Below are positions 21,548 through 24,000 of a stretch of 24,000 nucleotides of DNA, one piece after another (within the stretch, counting starts at the first letter, position 1; every line of letters starts with the position of its first letter). The translations under genes and the position numbers were made by a program. The notes below the pieces were generated by a model. The model did not search any database. It was given only the letters and a program-made list of their open reading frames with translations, and had not been told where the DNA came from. Source of the DNA: Nitrospirota bacterium (GTDB lineage Bacteria > Nitrospirota > Thermodesulfovibrionia > Thermodesulfovibrionales > JdFR-85); contig DROX01000070.1 of NCBI GenBank assembly GCA_011321725.1, positions 7,189 to 31,188 of the forward strand, written 5' to 3'.

Positions 21548-23536
21548 ATGGAAGAAAAAGTAATAAAGAGTGCAAACGAGGCTGCAGAAAAGATTGTGGA
21601 ATGGGCCGAGGAGCACCATCTTGAGACATGTTTTGACAGGGCCCAGAGGCTCAAACCCTGCCCAATTGGCGAGTCAGGAGCCTGTTGCAGGGTATGTCAT
21701 ATGGGGCCGTGCAGGCTTGTCGGTCCAGATGCCGAGGAAAAAGCTACAGGTGTATGTGGAGCAAGGTTGTCAACAGTGGTTGCAAGAAATCTCGTCCGCA
21801 TGATAGCTGCAGGAACTGCTGCACATAGTGACCATGCCCGAGATATGGTTCTGACCCTTCTTGCAACTGCAGAGGGTGAGGCTAAGGACTTTAAAATCAC
21901 GGATATTGAGAAGCTGTATAGAGTGGCAGGCTATCTTGGTATTGAAATAGAAGGTAAAGCAGTAAATACTGTGGCTAAAGAGGTAGCCCTGAAGCTTCTT
22001 GAGGATTTTGGCAGGCAGAAAGGTCGTCTTAATTATCTGAAACGGGCTCCAAAGAAGACCCAGGAAAGATGGGAAAAATGGGGTGTTGCTCCCCGTGGAA
22101 TAGACCGTGAGGTTGTTGAGGCAATGCACAGGACCTCCATTGGTGTGGACCATGATCCTGATCATATACTTACCCATGGACTGAGAACCGCCCTTGCCGA
22201 TGGCTGGGGTGGAAGCATGATTTCCACAGACATAACGGATATCCTTTTCGGTACACCCAGACCTGTGAAGGCTGAAGCAAGCTTTGGTATCTTTAAAGAG
22301 GATGAGGTAAATCTTGTGGTCCATGGTCACGAGCCATCACTGGCAGAGATGATTGTTGATGTGATAAGCGAGCCTGAAATTGTTGAATATGCAAAGAGCA
22401 AGGGTGCAAAGGGAATTAATCTGGGTGGCATGTGCTGTACTGCCAATGAGGTCCTGATGAGGCATGGGATCCCTACAGCTGGGGGCTTTACAAACCAGGA
22501 GCTTGGCATAATGACAGGTCTTGTTGATGCCATCTCAGTGGATGTCCAGTGTATCATGCCTGCCATTGCTGAGTTGAGCAAGAAGTTCCATACCAAGGTG
22601 ATAACCACATCTGAAAAGGCGATGATACCAGGGGCTATTCATGTAGAGTATGATGAACACAGGGCAAGAGAGGTGGCAAGAGAGATAGTAAAGATAGCAA
22701 TAGACAATTTCCCAAACAGAAAAACCGAAGGGAGTCATATAACAGACAAGTATCCCTTAATAGGTGGTTTTTCTCATGAGTATATTGAGTACATGCAGGG
22801 TGGACGGTGGAGAGCCTCCTTCAGACCTCTTAATGATGCCATTATGGCCGGAAGAATAAGAGGGGTTGTGGGGCTTGCTGGATGTGATAACCCCAGGGTG
22901 CAATCAACGGGTATTCATAAATACCTTGCAACAGAGCTGATCAAGAACGATATCCTGGTTGTTTCCACAGGTTGCGGTTCAGCAGCATGTGGTACCGCAG
23001 GTTATCTAACACCTGAGACAGCACTTGAGATGGCAGGGCCTGGACTACGCGAGGTCTGTGAGGCAATTGGTATCCCGCCGATACTTCATGTGGGAGCCTG
23101 TGTGGACAATTCAAGAATACTTACAATCCTCACTGCCATGGCTGAAGAGGGAGGTCTTTCAGATGAGATTGGAGGTATGCCAGGTGTAGGCATTGCTCCT
23201 GAGTGGATGAGCGAGAAGGCGATAGCTATTGGTTGCTATTTTGCAGCCTCAGGTGTGCCTGTTATATTTGGTGGAGAATCACCCGTTGGTGCATCAGAAG
23301 AGGTGACCCGTATCATGACAGAGGTCTGGTATGACAGGTTCAAGGGCTGTCTTCATTTTGAGCCCGACCCTGACAAGATACTGGAACTTACCTACAGATA
23401 CATAGATAACGCGAGGGATGCACTCAAGCTGAGAAAGTACGAGCCGGGCAGGTTTGGTGTGGAAAGAAAACTCCTGAGCATGGCTGACAGGCGTAAACTG
23501 GAGTCGCCTGCCAGGCCCCATGAGGGGGTGAAGTAG
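21548..23536 (+). CDS. acsA: Ni-dependent carbon monoxide dehydrogenase catalytic subunit
   Basis: N-terminal B/D-cluster cysteines CPIGESGACCRVCHMGPC. C-cluster ligand contexts VVHGHEP, GMCCTANE, VDVQCIMP, LAGCDNP, STGCGS and GACVDNSR. Preferred start is the ATG at 21548, 6 nt after GGAGG (21537-21541), rather than the TTG at 21542. Confidence 0.93.
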   Translation: MEEKVIKSANEAAEKIVEWAEEHHLETCFDRAQRLKPCPIGESGACCRVCHMGPCRLVGPDAEEKATGVCGARLSTVVARNLVRMIAAGTAAHSDHARDMVLTLLATAEGEAKDFKITDIEKLYRVAGYLGIEIEGKAVNTVAKEVALKLLEDFGRQKGRLNYLKRAPKKTQERWEKWGVAPRGIDREVVEAMHRTSIGVDHDPDHILTHGLRTALADGWGGSMISTDITDILFGTPRPVKAEASFGIFKEDEVNLVVHGHEPSLAEMIVDVISEPEIVEYAKSKGAKGINLGGMCCTANEVLMRHGIPTAGGFTNQELGIMTGLVDAISVDVQCIMPAIAELSKKFHTKVITTSEKAMIPGAIHVEYDEHRAREVAREIVKIAIDNFPNRKTEGSHITDKYPLIGGFSHEYIEYMQGGRWRASFRPLNDAIMAGRIRGVVGLAGCDNPRVQSTGIHKYLATELIKNDILVVSTGCGSAACGTAGYLTPETALEMAGPGLREVCEAIGIPPILHVGACVDNSRILTILTAMAEEGGLSDEIGGMPGVGIAPEWMSEKAIAIGCYFAASGVPVIFGGESPVGASEEVTRIMTEVWYDRFKGCLHFEPDPDKILELTYRYIDNARDALKLRKYEPGRFGVERKLLSMADRRKLESPARPHEGVK

Positions 23537-23588
23537 GCTGAAGGTTATTTATAAAGTTAAAAAAACAGATATGAGGTTAAGATTTAGT

Positions 23589-23725
23589 AGCAGTGGCATG
23601 GTAGAGTCTTACACATCATTCTCAGCGGACATCCCTGTCCGCCTCCGAGGGAATTTTGCAATTTGCCCTCCATGGCAAATTTTATGCAAAATTCAAAACC
23701 GTTCAGACTCCACCATACCACTGCT
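23589..23725. repeat. 137-nt element bounded by 20-nt inverted repeats, with two internal hairpins: a structured RNA or MITE-like candidate
   Basis: AGCAGTGGCATGGTAGAGTC (23589-23608) matches the reverse complement of 23706-23725 at 18 of 20 positions. Internal hairpin 1 is GCGGACA-TCCC-TGTCCGC (23625-23642). Internal hairpin 2 is TTTTGCAATTTGCC-CTCCAT-GGCAAATT(TTAT)GCAAAA (23654-23691). It lies in the 269-nt acsA to nuoE-like spacer. Confidence 0.5.
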
Positions 23726-23805
23726 TGCAGGGATTGCAGTATTTGGACAATCTGGATCGAGTAAGGTTCAAAACTTATAACTTAAAACTACTTTTGGAGG
23801 TTTCA

Positions 23806-24000
23806 ATGGACATAGAGAGTATTGATATTGACAAAGAGATAGGCAAGGTAGGGGCGTACATCTGTGAGCATGACAAGAAGAAGGGGTTGTTGATACCCAT
23901 ACTACACAGGATACAGGAGGACTATGGATATCTGCCCGGGGAGGTACTGGAGAGGCTATCAAAGAAGCTGGAGCTACCCCTTGCAGAGATCTACTCGGTG
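23806..24000 (+). CDS. NuoE/HydC-like thioredoxin-fold 2Fe-2S protein, 3'-truncated by the window edge
   Basis: This ORF is not in the supplied track because it is open-ended. The ATG at 23806 lies 7 nt after GGAGG (23796-23800). My translation is MDIESIDIDKEIGKVGAYICEHDKKKGLLIPILHRIQEDYGYLPGEVLERLSKKLELPLAEIYSV. It shows the characteristic N-terminal pattern of the NADH dehydrogenase 24-kDa / hydrogenase HydC family (LIPILHxIQexyGYLPxE ... LxxPxAEiYsV). Confidence 0.75.
   Translation, partial: MDIESIDIDKEIGKVGAYICEHDKKKGLLIPILHRIQEDYGYLPGEVLERLSKKLELPLAEIYSV

Noticed and set aside
23589-23725. Whether the structured element is a c-di-GMP-I (GEMM-I) or another known riboswitch, given the HD-GYP gene in the window and the GGCAAA and GCCTCCG strings.
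   Set aside because: The conserved GEMM-I features I remember (ACGCAAAGCC, a GNRA tetraloop with its receptor, the paired P1/P2 architecture) are not present on either strand. I could not match any other riboswitch consensus by eye. A covariance-model scan is needed before naming it.
23571-23780. A 69-aa plus-strand ORF in the acsA to nuoE-like spacer.
   Set aside because: There is no SD before the ATG (AAAAACAGAT-ATG). The ORF merely spans the inverted-repeat element, and its sequence has no protein-like features. A 29-aa Cys-rich minus-strand ORF inside the same element (MEGKLQNS...CHCY) also lacks an SD.

Overview
The window has two functional halves, and no rRNA, tRNA, CRISPR array, transposase or integrase was recognised. 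All calls are motif-level readings of the supplied translations and DNA; no searches were run.

Left half (1-12.9 kb), motility and signal transduction:
- Plus strand: the 3' part of a che operon, with cheA (5' end outside the window), a small STAS-like ORF, cheY, and a membrane-hairpin MCP without a periplasmic sensor domain.
- Minus strand, convergent with it: a tightly packed operon encoding a cytoplasmic triple-PAS histidine kinase, then REC-PAS, REC-HD-GYP and REC-only response regulators.
- Upstream on the minus strand: an MCP with a PilJ/NarX-type periplasmic sensor and a complete C-terminal CZB zinc-binding signature, a sensor-less HisKA_3 kinase-like protein with a degenerate ATP-binding domain, and an M50 (site-2-protease family) membrane metalloprotease.

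Right half (13.2-24 kb), all plus strand, anaerobic energy and carbon metabolism:
- An nfnAB/sudBA-like pair.
- The bacterial Wood-Ljungdahl carbonyl-branch cluster in the order acsE-acsD-acsC-acsB-acsA(cooS).
- The start of a NuoE/HydC-like 2Fe-2S protein.

Observations most worth follow-up:
- Two near-consensus sigma-28 (FliA)-type promoters, in front of the CZB chemoreceptor and the kinase/HD-GYP operon. The second abuts the ATG, which predicts a leaderless mRNA.
- A 137-nt element with 20-nt terminal inverted repeats and two internal hairpins, between acsA and the nuoE-like gene.
- A six-unit A/C-rich tandem repeat in the acsE-acsD spacer.
- Related AT-rich palindromes overlapping promoter-like elements upstream of nfnA and acsB.
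- The degenerate kinase-like protein.
- An orphan GC-rich terminator-like hairpin in a divergent intergenic region.
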